Positions 1 to 10,405 of a DNA stretch of 64,000 nt are shown one piece after another. This DNA comes from Acidimicrobiia bacterium. GTDB taxonomy: Bacteria; Actinomycetota; Acidimicrobiia; IMCC26256; PALSA-555. The notes beneath the pieces were generated by a model that worked only from the letters and a program-made list of their open reading frames with translations, was not told where the DNA came from and did not search any database. A program made the translations under genes and the position numbers. Every line of letters starts with the position of its first letter. The stretch's first letter is position 1. The DNA is taken from NCBI GenBank assembly GCA_035468285.1, contig DATISY010000090.1, positions 7,407 to 71,406 on the forward strand, in the 5' to 3' direction.

Positions 1-152
1 GGACTGGTTACGAAGTCCCGCCCGGCGCGGCCCGCGCCGTGGCCCGCGGCGAAGAACGCGTCGAGCGCGACGCGCTGGAACTCGGCGAAGGGAATCGGCC
101 CGCCGCGGCGGATCCGGTCCCGCAGCGTGGGGGCGGCCGCGCCGGCCAGCAC
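1..152 (-). CDS. MidA/NDUFAF7-like SAM-dependent methyltransferase, N-terminal fragment (continues past window start)
   Basis: Own translation from GTG at 152-150, 40 nt after the nuoN stop: VLAGAAAPTLRDRIRRGGPIPFAEFQRVALDAFFAAGHGAGRAGRDFVTS. GPIxFAEF ... G.DFxTS matches the N-terminal pattern I recall for the DUF185/Methyltransf_28 family. Only about 50 codons are visible. It is absent from the ORF track because it is open at the window edge. Confidence 0.4.
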   Translation of the reverse strand, partial: MLAGAAAPTLRDRIRRGGPIPFAEFQRVALDAFFAAGHGAGRAGRDFVTS

Positions 153-192
153 GGCCGCGGCTACCAGCCGGGCGCGGAGATCCCGGTGCGGC

Positions 193-1656
193 TCATCCGC
201 GCTGGAACGCGAGCTCCCCGAGGCGGGCGAAGAACTGCGGGTAGACGCCGATGACGAGCACCACAGCGGCCATGAGGGCCAGCGCGCCGCCGAGCGCGAC
301 GGGCAGCCGGGACGGTGTCGCGACGGCCTCCGATGCCGCGGCGGGCTGGTCGAACCAGAAGCGGCGCGCCACGCCGGCGTAGTAGAAGAACGCGATGACC
401 GAGTTGACCGCCGCGATGACACCGAGGACCACGGCGGCGGTCGTGTTGGCGTCGAACACTGCACGGAACATGACGAACTTCGCGAACCACCCGGCCAGCG
501 GAGGGACTCCGGCGAGGGAGAAGAGGAAGAGCGTGAACAGGACCGCGATCGCGGGGCTGGTGCGACCGAGCCCGGCGTAGTCGGCGATCGCCGCGGAGCG
601 GGTCCGGCGGGCGACGGCGATGACCGCGGCGAAGGCGCCGAGGTTCATGGCCCCGTAGATGAGGATGTAGATGACGACGGCTTGCCACGCCGAGTTGCCG
701 TGCACGTCGCCGGCGACGGCGAGGGGCACGAGGATGAAGCCGCCTTGCGCCACGGACGAGTAGGCCAGCATCCGCACGATGTTGGTCTGGCGCAGGGCAG
801 CGAGATTGCCGAGCGTCATGGACGCCGCGGCGAGCACCCACAGCACGGGCTGCCACGAGTCACCGGAGGCGAAGAACCCGAACCGGATGATCGTGAGGAG
901 GGCGACGAACCCGCCCGCCTTGGAGGCCACGGACAGGAACGCGGTGACCGGTGTCGGGGCGCCCTCGTAGGTGTCCGGGGCCCAGAAGTGGAAGGGGACC
1001 GCGCTGACTTTGAAGGCGAACCCGACGAGGGTGAGGAACACCGCGACGGCGAACAGGGCCGGGGTGGACCCGGCGGCGTACTTGTTGATGTCGACCAGGA
1101 CGGTGGAGTTCGCGAGGCCGAAGACGATCGACATGCCGTAGAGCATCACCGCGGAGGAGAGCGCCCCGATCAGGAAGTACTTGAGACCCGCCTCGTTGGA
1201 GCGGGTGTCGTGCTTGCGCCACGCGGCGAGGACGAAGGTGGGGATGGTGATCGTCTCGAGCGCGACGAAGATCGATACGAGGTCCCGGGCCGACGCCATG
1301 GCGACCATGCCGAGGAGAGACGTCAGCAGGAGCACGTAGTACTCGCCCTGGTAGTAGTCGCCCTCCCCGATGTAGTCGACGGACACGAGCAGGCTGACGT
1401 AGCCGGCGACGAGGAAGAAGCCGGTGAGGACCAACGAATACGGGTCAACGACGAAGGCCCCACCGAACAGTGACCGGCTGGTCCCGTCGACCGCGAGCGT
1501 CAGGACCGGGATGAGGGAGCCGAGGACCCCGAACCCGGCGATCTGGGCGGGGAGCCGCCGGTCCTCGGTGAAGAGATCCACGATCAGCACGATGATGATC
1601 GTCGCGGTGAGGACGATCTCCGGCGCGAGCGCGTGGAAGTCGACGTGGGGATTCAC
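193..1656 (-). CDS. nuoN: NADH-quinone oxidoreductase subunit N (11-subunit operon)
   Basis: 487 aa polytopic protein with an antiporter-like motif HFWAPDTYEGAPTPVTAF. Last gene of a contiguous nuo string. Confidence 0.9.
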   Translation of the reverse strand: MNPHVDFHALAPEIVLTATIIIVLIVDLFTEDRRLPAQIAGFGVLGSLIPVLTLAVDGTSRSLFGGAFVVDPYSLVLTGFFLVAGYVSLLVSVDYIGEGDYYQGEYYVLLLTSLLGMVAMASARDLVSIFVALETITIPTFVLAAWRKHDTRSNEAGLKYFLIGALSSAVMLYGMSIVFGLANSTVLVDINKYAAGSTPALFAVAVFLTLVGFAFKVSAVPFHFWAPDTYEGAPTPVTAFLSVASKAGGFVALLTIIRFGFFASGDSWQPVLWVLAAASMTLGNLAALRQTNIVRMLAYSSVAQGGFILVPLAVAGDVHGNSAWQAVVIYILIYGAMNLGAFAAVIAVARRTRSAAIADYAGLGRTSPAIAVLFTLFLFSLAGVPPLAGWFAKFVMFRAVFDANTTAAVVLGVIAAVNSVIAFFYYAGVARRFWFDQPAAASEAVATPSRLPVALGGALALMAAVVLVIGVYPQFFARLGELAFQRG

Positions 1657-1659
1657 TCG

Positions 1660-3204
1660 TCAGCCTCCGAAGACCTTCGCCACGTTGCTCACCGCGGGGT
1701 TGCTGACGTGGAAGATGAGATCCGGGTAGATGCCGAGGGCGGTGATGAGCAGCAGCAGTGGCGTCCACGCGATCCACTCCGGGAGGTGGACGTCGTGGAT
1801 GTGGGCGTGCTCGAACTCGGGCTTGACGGTCCCGAACGCGACGCGTTGGAACATCCAGAGGAGGTAGCCCGCGGCGAGGACGGTGCCGATGGCGGCGATG
1901 ACCATGAACACGCGGAAGGTCAACAGGGGGTCGCCGTTGGCGAGACCTTGGGTCAGCTTGGCCGGGTTGTAGGCGGAGAGGATCGCCGGGAATTCGCCCC
2001 AGAATCCGGCCAGGCCGGGCAGCCCGAGCGAGGCCATGACGCAGAAGCCGAAGATCCAGCCGAGCTTGGGCGCCTGGGTGAGCAGGCCGCCGAGCCGGCT
2101 CATCTCGCGGGTTCCGTAGCGTTCCTGGACCGATCCGGCGACGAAGAACAGCATGCCGGTGATGAGGCCGTGAGCGACCATCCCGAAGATGGCGGCGTTG
2201 AGCCCGAAGCTGGTGAGCGTCGCGATGCCGAGCATGACGAAGCCCATGTGCGAGACCGACGAGAACGCGATGAGGCGCTTCATGTCCCGTTGTGCCAGGC
2301 AGCACAAGGCCCCGTAGATGATGCCGATCACGGCGAGGAGCCCGATCCAGGGCGCCCACGTCCGCGCGGCGCCGGGGAGGATCGGGAGTGCGATGCGGAT
2401 GAACCCGTACGTGCCGAGCTTCAGGAGGATGGCGGCGAGGAGCACCGAGCCGACGGTGGGGGCCTCGGTATGCGCGTCGGGGAGCCAGGTGTGGAACGGG
2501 AACATGGGCACCTTGATGGCGAACCCGAGGAAGAGCCCGACGAACACGAGGACTTGGGTGCCGTGGGCGATCCCTGCCCCGCCGATCCGCGAGAGCGTCA
2601 CCATGTCGAAGGTCTGGGGCTTCGACAAGAAGAAGATCGCCAAGAAGCTCACCAGCATGAGCGCCGAGCCGAACAGCGTGAACAGGAAGAACTTGATGGC
2701 GGCGTATTGGCGGTTCGGTCCGCCCCACACCCCGATCATGAAGAACATCGGGAGCAGGACGAGCTCGAAGAAGACGAAGAACAAGATGAGGTCCTGCGCC
2801 ACGAACGTGCCGTTCATCCCGATCTCGAGGAGCAGGATGAGCGCAAGGAAGCCCTTGGGGTTGTGCGGCTCCGGGAAGTGATCCCACGAGTAGACGATGC
2901 ACAGGACCACCATCAGCATCGAGAGGATGAGCAGCGGCAGCGCGATTCCGTCGAGCCCCATGTGGTACCGGGACTTGATCAGCGGGATCCACGACTTGTT
3001 GACGCCGAACTGCAGCTTCCCGCCGTGTCCGTAGTCGAAGTCGGCGAGGATCCCGATCCCGACCGCCGCAGTGACCAGCGACGCCACGAGGGCTGTGGTC
3101 TTGATCGCCTGCTCGTGCACGCGGGGGATGAAGACCACCACCGCCAGCCCGACCAGCGGGATGAACACCGCCAGGGTCAACGCCCAGTCATCGAACCAGT
3201 GCAT
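1660..3204 (-). CDS. nuoM: NADH-quinone oxidoreductase subunit M (11-subunit operon)
   Basis: 514 aa with HTWLPDAHTEAPT motif. 3 nt gap to nuoN. Confidence 0.9.
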   Translation of the reverse strand: MHWFDDWALTLAVFIPLVGLAVVVFIPRVHEQAIKTTALVASLVTAAVGIGILADFDYGHGGKLQFGVNKSWIPLIKSRYHMGLDGIALPLLILSMLMVVLCIVYSWDHFPEPHNPKGFLALILLLEIGMNGTFVAQDLILFFVFFELVLLPMFFMIGVWGGPNRQYAAIKFFLFTLFGSALMLVSFLAIFFLSKPQTFDMVTLSRIGGAGIAHGTQVLVFVGLFLGFAIKVPMFPFHTWLPDAHTEAPTVGSVLLAAILLKLGTYGFIRIALPILPGAARTWAPWIGLLAVIGIIYGALCCLAQRDMKRLIAFSSVSHMGFVMLGIATLTSFGLNAAIFGMVAHGLITGMLFFVAGSVQERYGTREMSRLGGLLTQAPKLGWIFGFCVMASLGLPGLAGFWGEFPAILSAYNPAKLTQGLANGDPLLTFRVFMVIAAIGTVLAAGYLLWMFQRVAFGTVKPEFEHAHIHDVHLPEWIAWTPLLLLITALGIYPDLIFHVSNPAVSNVAKVFGG

Positions 3205-3223
3205 GGCTTTTCGATACCTCGCT

Positions 3224-5284
3224 TCAGAGGACGTTCGTCAGGAATACGGCGAGGCTCAGTACCGCCACGCCGAGGAAGAGCAGGAGCGCGTACCGCTGCA
3301 CACGTCCGGACTGGATGCGGCGGATCTCGCCGCCCGCCGCGTTGGTCTCGTACGCCAGCCCGTTGACGCTGCCGTCGACGATGCGCTGGTCGACGAGCTC
3401 GTAGGTGTAGCGGGCTGCGACGTTCGCACCCCGCCCCAGACCGTTGACGACACCGTCGATGACGTGTTGGTTGACCCAGTACGAGGCCCGGGCGACCGGC
3501 CCGGTGATCCCGCCGATGATGACGTCCTCGTACAAGTGGTCCAGGTAGTACTTGTTGACGAGGAACGTGTACCCGGCCCGCGCGAAGGCGTTGCGCTTTG
3601 TCAGGTCCTTGAACGCCCGCTGCTCCTCGTTCTGGAACCAGTAGTACGCGGCGATCCCGATCGCGACGATGGCGATGGCCACCGAGATCACCGCCTTCGG
3701 GTAGTCGAACGCGGCGTGGCTCAGCGTCGGGAACGCGGTCTGGGGGTCGACCCATTCCTTGAACTTCTCGATCCCGAGCGGAGCCGCGTTGATGAACCCG
3801 GCAGCGACCGAGAGGCCGGCGAGGACCAGCAGCGGGACGGTGATCAGGCGCTCCGATTCGTGAGGGTGCTCGTGACCGCGGTACTCGCCGAGGAACGTGA
3901 GGTACACAGCACGGGTCATGTAGGCCGCGGTGAGGAAGGCACCGATGAGCCCGACGACGAGGAACGCGTCGAAGCCGTTCGAACCTGCGTTGACGAGGAT
4001 CTCGTCCTTGGACCAGAACCCGGCGAGCGGGAAGATGCCCGCCAGCGCCGCGGAGCCGATGACGAAGGTCCAGAAGGTGGTGGGCATGCGCTTGCGCAGG
4101 CCGCCCATCTCCCGCATGTCGAAGGTGTGTCCAGCGCCGTGGCTGACGGAGCCGGCCCCGAGGAACAGCAGCGCCTTGAAGAAGGCGTGGGTGAAGAGAT
4201 GGAACACCGCCGCGGTCCAGGCCCCGACGCCGAGACCCATGACCATGTACCCGAGCTGGCTGATCGTCGAGTAGGCCAGCACCTTCTTGATGTCGGTCTG
4301 GACGAAGGCGAGGACCGCGCCGATCACGATCGTGACGCCACCGATCAGCGCCATGAAGTTGACGCCGCCGTGCCCGATCGAGAACCCATTGAAGAACACG
4401 GGGTAGACGCGGGCGCCGAGGAACACGCCGGCGACGACCATCGTGGCCGCGTGGATGAGCGCGGACACCGGTGTCGGGCCAGCCATGGCATCGGGCAGCC
4501 CGGTGTGAAGCGGGAACTGGCCGCTTTTTCCCATGATCCCGATCATCAGGCAGATGGCCGCGGCGAGCAGGAGGTCGTGGTGGGCGTGGGCGCCGCTGGC
4601 GTAGAGGTTGGTGGCGCCGATCCCGAACGACCCGACGGTGAAGAACAAGATGATGACGCCGATCATCAGGCCGATGTCACCGGTGCGGGTCGTGAGGAAC
4701 GCCTTGATCGCGGCGCGGCTGTTGGCCGGTTCCTCCCACCAGTGGCCGATCAGCATGAACGAGCAGAGCCCGACCAGCTCCCAGCCCACGAGGAGCTGCA
4801 GCAGGTTCTCCGCGACCACGAGTGTGAGCATCGATGCCGTGAACAGGGACAGCGCAGCGAAGTACCAGGTGAAGCGGCGGTCGCCTCGCATGTAGGCGGT
4901 GGAGTAGATGTGCACCAGCAGTGAGATGAGCGTGACGACGACGAGCATCATCACGGTCAGGCCGTCGACGTAGGTCCCGACCCCGAACTTCGCAGATCCG
5001 TTCTGCCACCAGGTCACCGACTCCGTGACGGGCCGCACCACCTGGTGCGCGCCGCTCGAGGTGGCGAGACCTTTCGTGAACGCCGCGAGGCCCTGGCTGG
5101 TGCCCGTCGCATCGTCGACCCGTTGGATCCACTGGACGGCCGCGACGCAGGAGGCGATGAACGAGGCGCCGACAGCGGCGACGCCGATCACCGCGCCCTT
5201 CTACGGGGAGCGCTTCCCGAAGAAGATGATCGCGAGGAACGAGACCGCGGGCAGCGATGGGATGAGCCAGGCGTTTTGCAGCAT
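3224..5284 (-). CDS. nuoL: NADH-quinone oxidoreductase subunit L, interrupted by an in-frame TAG at 5201-5203 (split gene or pseudogene)
   Basis: The track ORF 3224..5191 (655 aa) has LLVGWELVGLCSF and a long C-terminal amphipathic arm. Own translation upstream in the same frame gives ATG(5284) MLQNAWLIPSLPAVSFLAIIFFGKRSP-TAG-KGA-GTG(5191)IGVAAVG. That is the canonical NuoL first TM helix, starting 7 nt after the nuoK stop. Confidence 0.85.
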
Positions 5285-5290
5285 GGTTCG

Positions 5291-5590
5291 TCAGCCCTTT
5301 AGCTGGTCGACTTCGTCGAGGTTCGGGCTGCGCAGGTTGCGGTAGATGAGCAGCACGATGGCCAGGCCGACGCCGACCTCCGCGGCGGCGATGGTGATCA
5401 CGAACAGGGCGAACACTTGACCGCTGATGTTCCTGGTGAACGCCGAGAACGCGATGAGGTTGATGCTGACCGCGTTGAGCATCAGCTCGACGCTCATGAG
5501 CACCAGGACACCGTTGCGGCGCGCCAGTACGCCGTAGATCCCGGTGCAGAACAGGAAGGCGCTGAGGATCAGGAACTCGTTGAGTTGCAC
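5291..5590 (-). CDS. nuoK: NADH-quinone oxidoreductase subunit K
   Basis: 99 aa, 3 [13 protein letters not shown] motif. Confidence 0.9.
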   Translation of the reverse strand: MQLNEFLILSAFLFCTGIYGVLARRNGVLVLMSVELMLNAVSINLIAFSAFTRNISGQVFALFVITIAAAEVGVGLAIVLLIYRNLRSPNLDEVDQLKG

Positions 5591-5591
5591 C

Positions 5592-6098
5592 TCAGTCCTT
5601 TCGGGCCAGAACGACGGCGCCGACGAGCGCGGCGAGGAGCAGCATGGAGACGATCTCGAAGGGAACCACGAAGACCCGGAAGATGTCCTGGCCGATCGTG
5701 CTGGTGCGACCGAGGGACACGAGCGCGTGGCTGAAGTGGATCTTCTTCCCGCCGAAGGCGTCGACGAACAGCGCGATGAGTACCCCGAGGACGAAGAGGG
5801 CGGCGACGAGCGCGCCCAACCGCTGGTCGTTGTCGAGGGATGTCCCTTCGCCTCGCATCGGCGCGCGGGTGAGCATCACCCCGAACAGGAAGAGGATCAC
5901 GACCGCGCCGATGTAGATCAGGACCTGCACCCAGGCCACGAACTCTGCCGCGAGGAGGATGTACTGGGCTGCGGCACCGGCGAGGACGACGACGAGGAAC
6001 AGGGCGGCATGGACGACGTTGCGGGACCGGACCACGCCGATGGCGGCCACGGCCATCGCGACGGCGAGGAACCAGAAGGCGACCTGCTGCTCCCACAT
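5592..6098 (-). CDS. nuoJ: NADH-quinone oxidoreductase subunit J
   Basis: 168 aa membrane protein with N-terminal [11 protein letters not shown]-type motif. Position between nuoI and nuoK. Confidence 0.85.
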   Translation of the reverse strand: MWEQQVAFWFLAVAMAVAAIGVVRSRNVVHAALFLVVVLAGAAAQYILLAAEFVAWVQVLIYIGAVVILFLFGVMLTRAPMRGEGTSLDNDQRLGALVAALFVLGVLIALFVDAFGGKKIHFSHALVSLGRTSTIGQDIFRVFVVPFEIVSMLLLAALVGAVVLARKD

Positions 6099-6102
6099 GG
6101 CG

Positions 6103-6600
6103 TTACTTCTTGCCTTTCGACTCGGCGCCGACCTCGAGGGGCTCCGCCTCGGGGACGGTCTCCATCCACTCGCCGAGCTTGACCTTGTCGTGCAGCAGGT
6201 TCGAGATCTGGAACTCCGAGTACTCGTACTCCGGGCTCCAGAACAGCGCGTCGAAGGGGCAGACCTCGACGCAGATCCCGCAGTACATGCACAACGCGTA
6301 GTCGATGTCGAAGCGGTCGAGCACGCTCACCGAGCGGGGGCGGCCACCTTCGCGGCGCGGGGGTCGCTGCTCCTTGTGCCCTTCGATGTAGATGCACCAG
6401 TCGGGGCACTGGCGGGCGCAGAGCATGCAGACGGTGCAGTTCTCTTCTTTGAGGGCGATGACCCCTCGGGCCCGGGGGGTGGGGGCTTCTCTCTCGTGGG
6501 GGTACTGCACCGTGACGGCGGGGCGCAGCATGGTCTTGAGCGTCACTCCGAGCCCGCCGATGAGGCCGGGCATCTTCGGCCGAGAGGGCTTCGCGGGCAT
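6103..6600 (-). CDS. nuoI: NADH-quinone oxidoreductase subunit I (2x[4Fe-4S])
   Basis: [12 protein letters not shown] and [12 protein letters not shown] motifs. Start placed at the ATG (6600) that overlaps the nuoH stop (TGATG) rather than the longer track ORF. Confidence 0.9.
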   Translation of the reverse strand: MPAKPSRPKMPGLIGGLGVTLKTMLRPAVTVQYPHEREAPTPRARGVIALKEENCTVCMLCARQCPDWCIYIEGHKEQRPPRREGGRPRSVSVLDRFDIDYALCMYCGICVEVCPFDALFWSPEYEYSEFQISNLLHDKVKLGEWMETVPEAEPLEVGAESKGKK

Positions 6601-7640
6601 CAGAGCGCCACCTTGAAGACGCCGGTGAGGAGGACGTTGGCGAGACCGAGGGGAATGAGGAACTTCCACGCCAACGCCTGCAGCTGATCTTCGCGCAGGC
6701 GTGGGTACGTGAACCGCACCCAGAACATGAGGAAGGCGACGAACATCAGCTTCGCGAAGAGCACGAAGGGCCCGAGGATGTTGGCGAGGTCGCCGTGCAG
6801 GCCGGGGATGGCCCAGCCCCCGAGGAACAGGGTGGCGGCGATCGCCGCGAACGCGAAGGCGGTGCCGAACTCACCGATGAAGAAGAACAGGAACCGGAAT
6901 CCCGTGTACTCGACCATGTAGCCCGAGACGAGCTCGCTCTCGGCGACGGGCATGTCGAAGGGCGTCTGGGTGAGCTCGGCCTGGGAGGCGACGAGGAACA
7001 GCGCGAACCCGATGAACTGGGTGAGGATGAACGGCTCGCCGATGCCGTTCCAGCCGAAGATCGAGCCGTGCTGCTGGTTGAGGACGATCCCCTGGAGGCT
7101 CATGGTGCCGGCTTGGATCACGACGCCGACGACCGCGAGCAGCAGCGGGAGCTCGTAGGCGATGAGCTGGGCGGCGGCTCGGAGAGCGCCGAGCAGCGCG
7201 AACTTGTTCGCGCTCGCCCATCCGGCCATGAGCACGCCGATCACGGAGAGGCTCGACACCGCGAGCGCGTAGAAGACGCCGACGTCGAGGTTCTTGACGA
7301 CGAGGTCGGGTCCCATCGGGATCACGAGGAACACGAGGAACGTGGACATGACGACGACCGCGGGAGCGGCCGCGAACACCCGCCGGTCGGATTCGGCGGG
7401 CATGATGTCCTCCTTCTGGAGGAACTTCAGGCCGTCGCCGACCAGCTGGTACCAGCCGTGGAAGCCGCCGGGGTCCATGGGGCCGAGCCGGCTCTGCATG
7501 TGGCTCATCATCTTCAGCAGGAACACGTATCCGAGGATGATCGCGCCCAGCGGGATGATCATGAGGATGACGATGGTCTTGATCGCGAGCGTCGTGCCCC
7601 AGCCGAGGTTCAGGGCGAGCGTAGGGATGGCCGCCATCAC
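6600..7640 (-). CDS. nuoH: NADH-quinone oxidoreductase subunit H
   Basis: 346 aa with MQSRLGP and [15 protein letters not shown] motifs. ATGA overlap with the nuoD stop. Confidence 0.9.
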   Translation of the reverse strand: MMAAIPTLALNLGWGTTLAIKTIVILMIIPLGAIILGYVFLLKMMSHMQSRLGPMDPGGFHGWYQLVGDGLKFLQKEDIMPAESDRRVFAAAPAVVVMSTFLVFLVIPMGPDLVVKNLDVGVFYALAVSSLSVIGVLMAGWASANKFALLGALRAAAQLIAYELPLLLAVVGVVIQAGTMSLQGIVLNQQHGSIFGWNGIGEPFILTQFIGFALFLVASQAELTQTPFDMPVAESELVSGYMVEYTGFRFLFFFIGEFGTAFAFAAIAATLFLGGWAIPGLHGDLANILGPFVLFAKLMFVAFLMFWVRFTYPRLREDQLQALAWKFLIPLGLANVLLTGVFKVAL

Positions 7641-8821
7641 CGGTCGATGTCACCCAGGATGAAGTAGAGGGACGCCAGGATCGTGATCACGTCGGGCACG
7701 TAGACGCCCCGCAGCAGCCACGGGACGATGGACACGTTGCTGAACGACGCGGAGCGGATCTTGACCCGGAACGGCCCGGTCGCGCCCTTCGAGATGAGGT
7801 AGTAGCCCATCTGTCCGAGGGGGTTCTCAGTCTCGACCCAGATCTCGCCCTCGGGCACCTTGATGATGCGTGGGACCTTCGCCATGACGGGGCCGCTGGG
7901 GATGGCGTCGAGGCACTGCAGGACCATCCGGGCCGCCTCGCGCGTCTCTTGGAGGCGGACCCAGTAGCGCGAGTAGGAGTCACCGTCGGGGTGGGTCCAG
8001 ACCCGGAAGTCGAGGTCGGGGTAGACGAGGTACGGGGGGCCGTCGCGGCGCAGGTCCCAGTCGACGCCCGAGGCGCGGAGGTTGGAGCCCGAGACGCCGT
8101 ACGAGGCGCCGACGTGGTCGGGGATGATTCCGATGCCCCGGGTTCGGGCTTCGAAGATCTCGTTGCCGAGGACGAGGTCCTCGAAGTCGTCACACGCGTC
8201 GAACACGACTTTCATCGTCGAGCGGCATTCGGCGATCCATCCCCAGGGGAGGTCGTCCTTGATGCCGCCGATCCGGTTGAAGTTGGGGTGGAAGCGTCCC
8301 CCGGTGGCGGCCTCGATGAGGTTCAGGACGTACTCGCGGTCCCGGAACCCGTAGAACGCGGGGGTGAGCGCGCCGACCTGCAGGCCCATTTCGCCGAGGA
8401 ACAGCAGGAAGGTCGCGATGCGTGACAGCTCGGTGAGGATGGTCCGGATGTACTTGGCGCGCGGTGGGGCTTCGATGCTCATGAGCCGTTCCGCGGCGTC
8501 CATGAACGGGACCTCGTTGGCGAAGCTGGAGAGCCAGTCGATGCGGTTGACGAGCGTGGTGATCTGCGGATACGTGCGGAACTCGGTGAGCTTCTCGTAT
8601 CCCCGGTGCATGTACCCGATGACCGGATCGGCGGTCACCACGCGCTCACCGTCGAGGCGCACCACGATGCGGAGTGTCCCGTGCGTCGCCGGGTGCTGGG
8701 GGCCGAGGTTGAGGATCATGTCGCCGGTGTCGAGCTCGACCGCCACTTGCGCGTCGGCGAGGTGACGCAACGCCGACCGGTCGACGGCGTAGCCGTCGGC
8801 AGGGGGAAGGGTGGTGCTCAC
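7637..8821 (-). CDS. nuoD: NADH-quinone oxidoreductase subunit D
   Basis: NLGPQHPATHGTLR motif and C-terminal ILGDIDR. Start set at GTG 8821, which overlaps the nuoC stop (GTGA). The Arg-rich N-terminal 85 aa of the track ORF is rejected. Confidence 0.9.
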   Translation of the reverse strand: MSTTLPPADGYAVDRSALRHLADAQVAVELDTGDMILNLGPQHPATHGTLRIVVRLDGERVVTADPVIGYMHRGYEKLTEFRTYPQITTLVNRIDWLSSFANEVPFMDAAERLMSIEAPPRAKYIRTILTELSRIATFLLFLGEMGLQVGALTPAFYGFRDREYVLNLIEAATGGRFHPNFNRIGGIKDDLPWGWIAECRSTMKVVFDACDDFEDLVLGNEIFEARTRGIGIIPDHVGASYGVSGSNLRASGVDWDLRRDGPPYLVYPDLDFRVWTHPDGDSYSRYWVRLQETREAARMVLQCLDAIPSGPVMAKVPRIIKVPEGEIWVETENPLGQMGYYLISKGATGPFRVKIRSASFSNVSIVPWLLRGVYVPDVITILASLYFILGDIDR

Positions 8822-9525
8822 GAGGGGGTCTCGTCGCCGCCGGGCACCGCGGCGGGCTCCGGGGTGTCCTCGTCCGGCATGGCCTCGACGTCGACCAGGC
8901 CAGGCCAGGGCTTCACGACGCGCGCGAGGAGCGGAAAGTCCTTGCGGAGCGGGTGGCCTTCGAACTCGTTCGGCAGGTACAGGTGCCGGAGGCCCGGGTG
9001 ACCGTCGAACACGATCCCGAACATCTCCCAGCACTCCCGTTCGTGCCAGTCGGCACCCGGGTAGATGTCGACCCACGACGGCACGCTGGGTGATTCGTCG
9101 GCGACGTCGGCTTTGAGGGTCAGCCCGTGGTGGCCGCTGGTCGACTGCACGTGCGCGAAGACCTGGAACCGTCCCGCGGATCCGGCCGCACCGTAGGTCG
9201 TCTCGGTGGGTTGGACGGGCGAGGAGGTGTCGCCGCTCGCTTCGTCACCTTCGCGGGGGGCGGGTTGCCAGTCGATGCCGGAGATGAAGCACAGGTAGTC
9301 GCACTCGAGCTCGTTCTGGGCGACCTCGGCGGCTCGCCGCCATGCTCCGGACGCGACCCGGATGATGAGGTCGTCGTAGGCCACCGCGCTGTCGAGGAGG
9401 TCGGCGCCCAGCGCGGCGCGGAGCCGCTCGAGGATCCAGTCGTGCTTCGGGTTCGACGCGGGTTCGGCGGCGTCGTCCGGCGGGTCGGTGATGGGCTCGT
9501 CAGCCAACGACGATCGGCTCCCCAC
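8818..9525 (-). CDS. nuoC: NADH-quinone oxidoreductase subunit C
   Basis: [21 protein letters not shown] and PLRKDFP motifs. 235 aa with acidic N- and C-terminal extensions. Confidence 0.85.
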   Translation of the reverse strand: MGSRSSLADEPITDPPDDAAEPASNPKHDWILERLRAALGADLLDSAVAYDDLIIRVASGAWRRAAEVAQNELECDYLCFISGIDWQPAPREGDEASGDTSSPVQPTETTYGAAGSAGRFQVFAHVQSTSGHHGLTLKADVADESPSVPSWVDIYPGADWHERECWEMFGIVFDGHPGLRHLYLPNEFEGHPLRKDFPLLARVVKPWPGLVDVEAMPDEDTPEPAAVPGGDETPS

Positions 9526-10015
9526 GCCAGCGCTTCTGCAGCTCGTCGTTGCCGAGGCCCTCGTGTTGGATTCGTTCTTGGAGCAGGACGATTCCCTGCA
9601 GGAGTGCCTCGGGCCGGGGGGGACATCCGGGCACGTAGACGTCGACGGGGATGACCTGGTCGACGCCTTTGGTCACGGAGTAGGAGTCCCAGTACGGGCC
9701 GCCGCAGTTCGCACACGACCCCATCGAGATCACGTACTTGGGGTCCGGCATCTGCTCGTAGAGGCGCTTGATGGACGGGGCCATCTTGTCGGTGACGGTC
9801 CCGGAGATGACGACGAGGTCGGCTTGGCGAGGGCTCGCCGGGAACGGGATGACGCCGAGGCGCATCATGTCGTAGCGGGGACTGGCCAGCGCGGCGCCCA
9901 TCTCGATGGCGCAGCACGCGAGGCCCCACTGGAACATCCAGAGCGAGTACTTGCGGCTGTAGTTGAGCAGCCAGGTGAGTGGTTTCGGCAGTCGACCCTG
10001 TTCGACTAGGCCCAC
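9500..10015 (-). CDS. nuoB: NADH-quinone oxidoreductase subunit B
   Basis: [19 protein letters not shown] and VPGCPPRPE (cluster N2 cysteines). Start at GTG 10015. The 499-aa track ORF is an upstream artefact. Confidence 0.9.
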   Translation of the reverse strand: MGLVEQGRLPKPLTWLLNYSRKYSLWMFQWGLACCAIEMGAALASPRYDMMRLGVIPFPASPRQADLVVISGTVTDKMAPSIKRLYEQMPDPKYVISMGSCANCGGPYWDSYSVTKGVDQVIPVDVYVPGCPPRPEALLQGIVLLQERIQHEGLGNDELQKRWRGEPIVVG

Positions 10016-10368
10016 CGCAGCACTCCTTTTCGCCAGGCGTAGACGAGGCCGAGGGTGAGCACCACGAGGAAGACGCTCATCTCGACGAGGCCGAACACGT
10101 CGAGGGTCTTGAGGTTGACGGCCCACGGGAAGATGAAGACCGCCTCGACGTCGAATATGACGAAGAGGAGCGCATAGATGTAATAGCGGACGTTCGACTG
10201 GCCCCAGCCCCCGACGGGGTCCGAGCCGGACTCGTAGCTGATGTACTTGTCTTCTTGCGGCCGGTTCGGGCGCAGGAGACGGCCGGCGCCGAGCATCGCG
10301 CCGAACATGAGCGCGGCGGCCCCGATCAGGACGGCGACGGACAGGTACTGCCGGTAGAACTCGGTCAC
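10006..10368 (-). CDS. nuoA: NADH-quinone oxidoreductase subunit A
   Basis: 120 aa from GTG 10368, with YESGSDP and [14 protein letters not shown] motifs. Confidence 0.85.
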   Translation of the reverse strand: MTEFYRQYLSVAVLIGAAALMFGAMLGAGRLLRPNRPQEDKYISYESGSDPVGGWGQSNVRYYIYALLFVIFDVEAVFIFPWAVNLKTLDVFGLVEMSVFLVVLTLGLVYAWRKGVLRWA

Positions 10369-10405
10369 TGCGAGCCGGCCCTCTCGATCCCCCGGGGATG
10401 CACCG

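Noticed and set aside
127-1473. Long plus-strand ORF (448 aa) overlapping nuoN. Many similar long ORFs occur elsewhere, for example 1445..2992(-), 1633..3366(+), 3071..4924(+), 16573..19338(+), 21888..23303(+), 43894..45585(-), 44091..45857(-), 52927..55074(+) and 63110..63964(-).
   Set aside because: Their translations are Arg/Pro/Gly/Asp/Glu-rich low-complexity strings with no motifs. They lie antisense to, or out of frame with, genes that have clear family signatures. These are typical open-frame artefacts of very high GC DNA.
5201-5203. Reading the nuoL TAG as pyrrolysine or another recoded amino acid.
   Set aside because: No pyl genes, suppressor tRNA or recoding signal is visible in the window. 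A nonsense mutation, sequence error or re-initiation are simpler explanations. I kept it only as a minor alternative in the finding.
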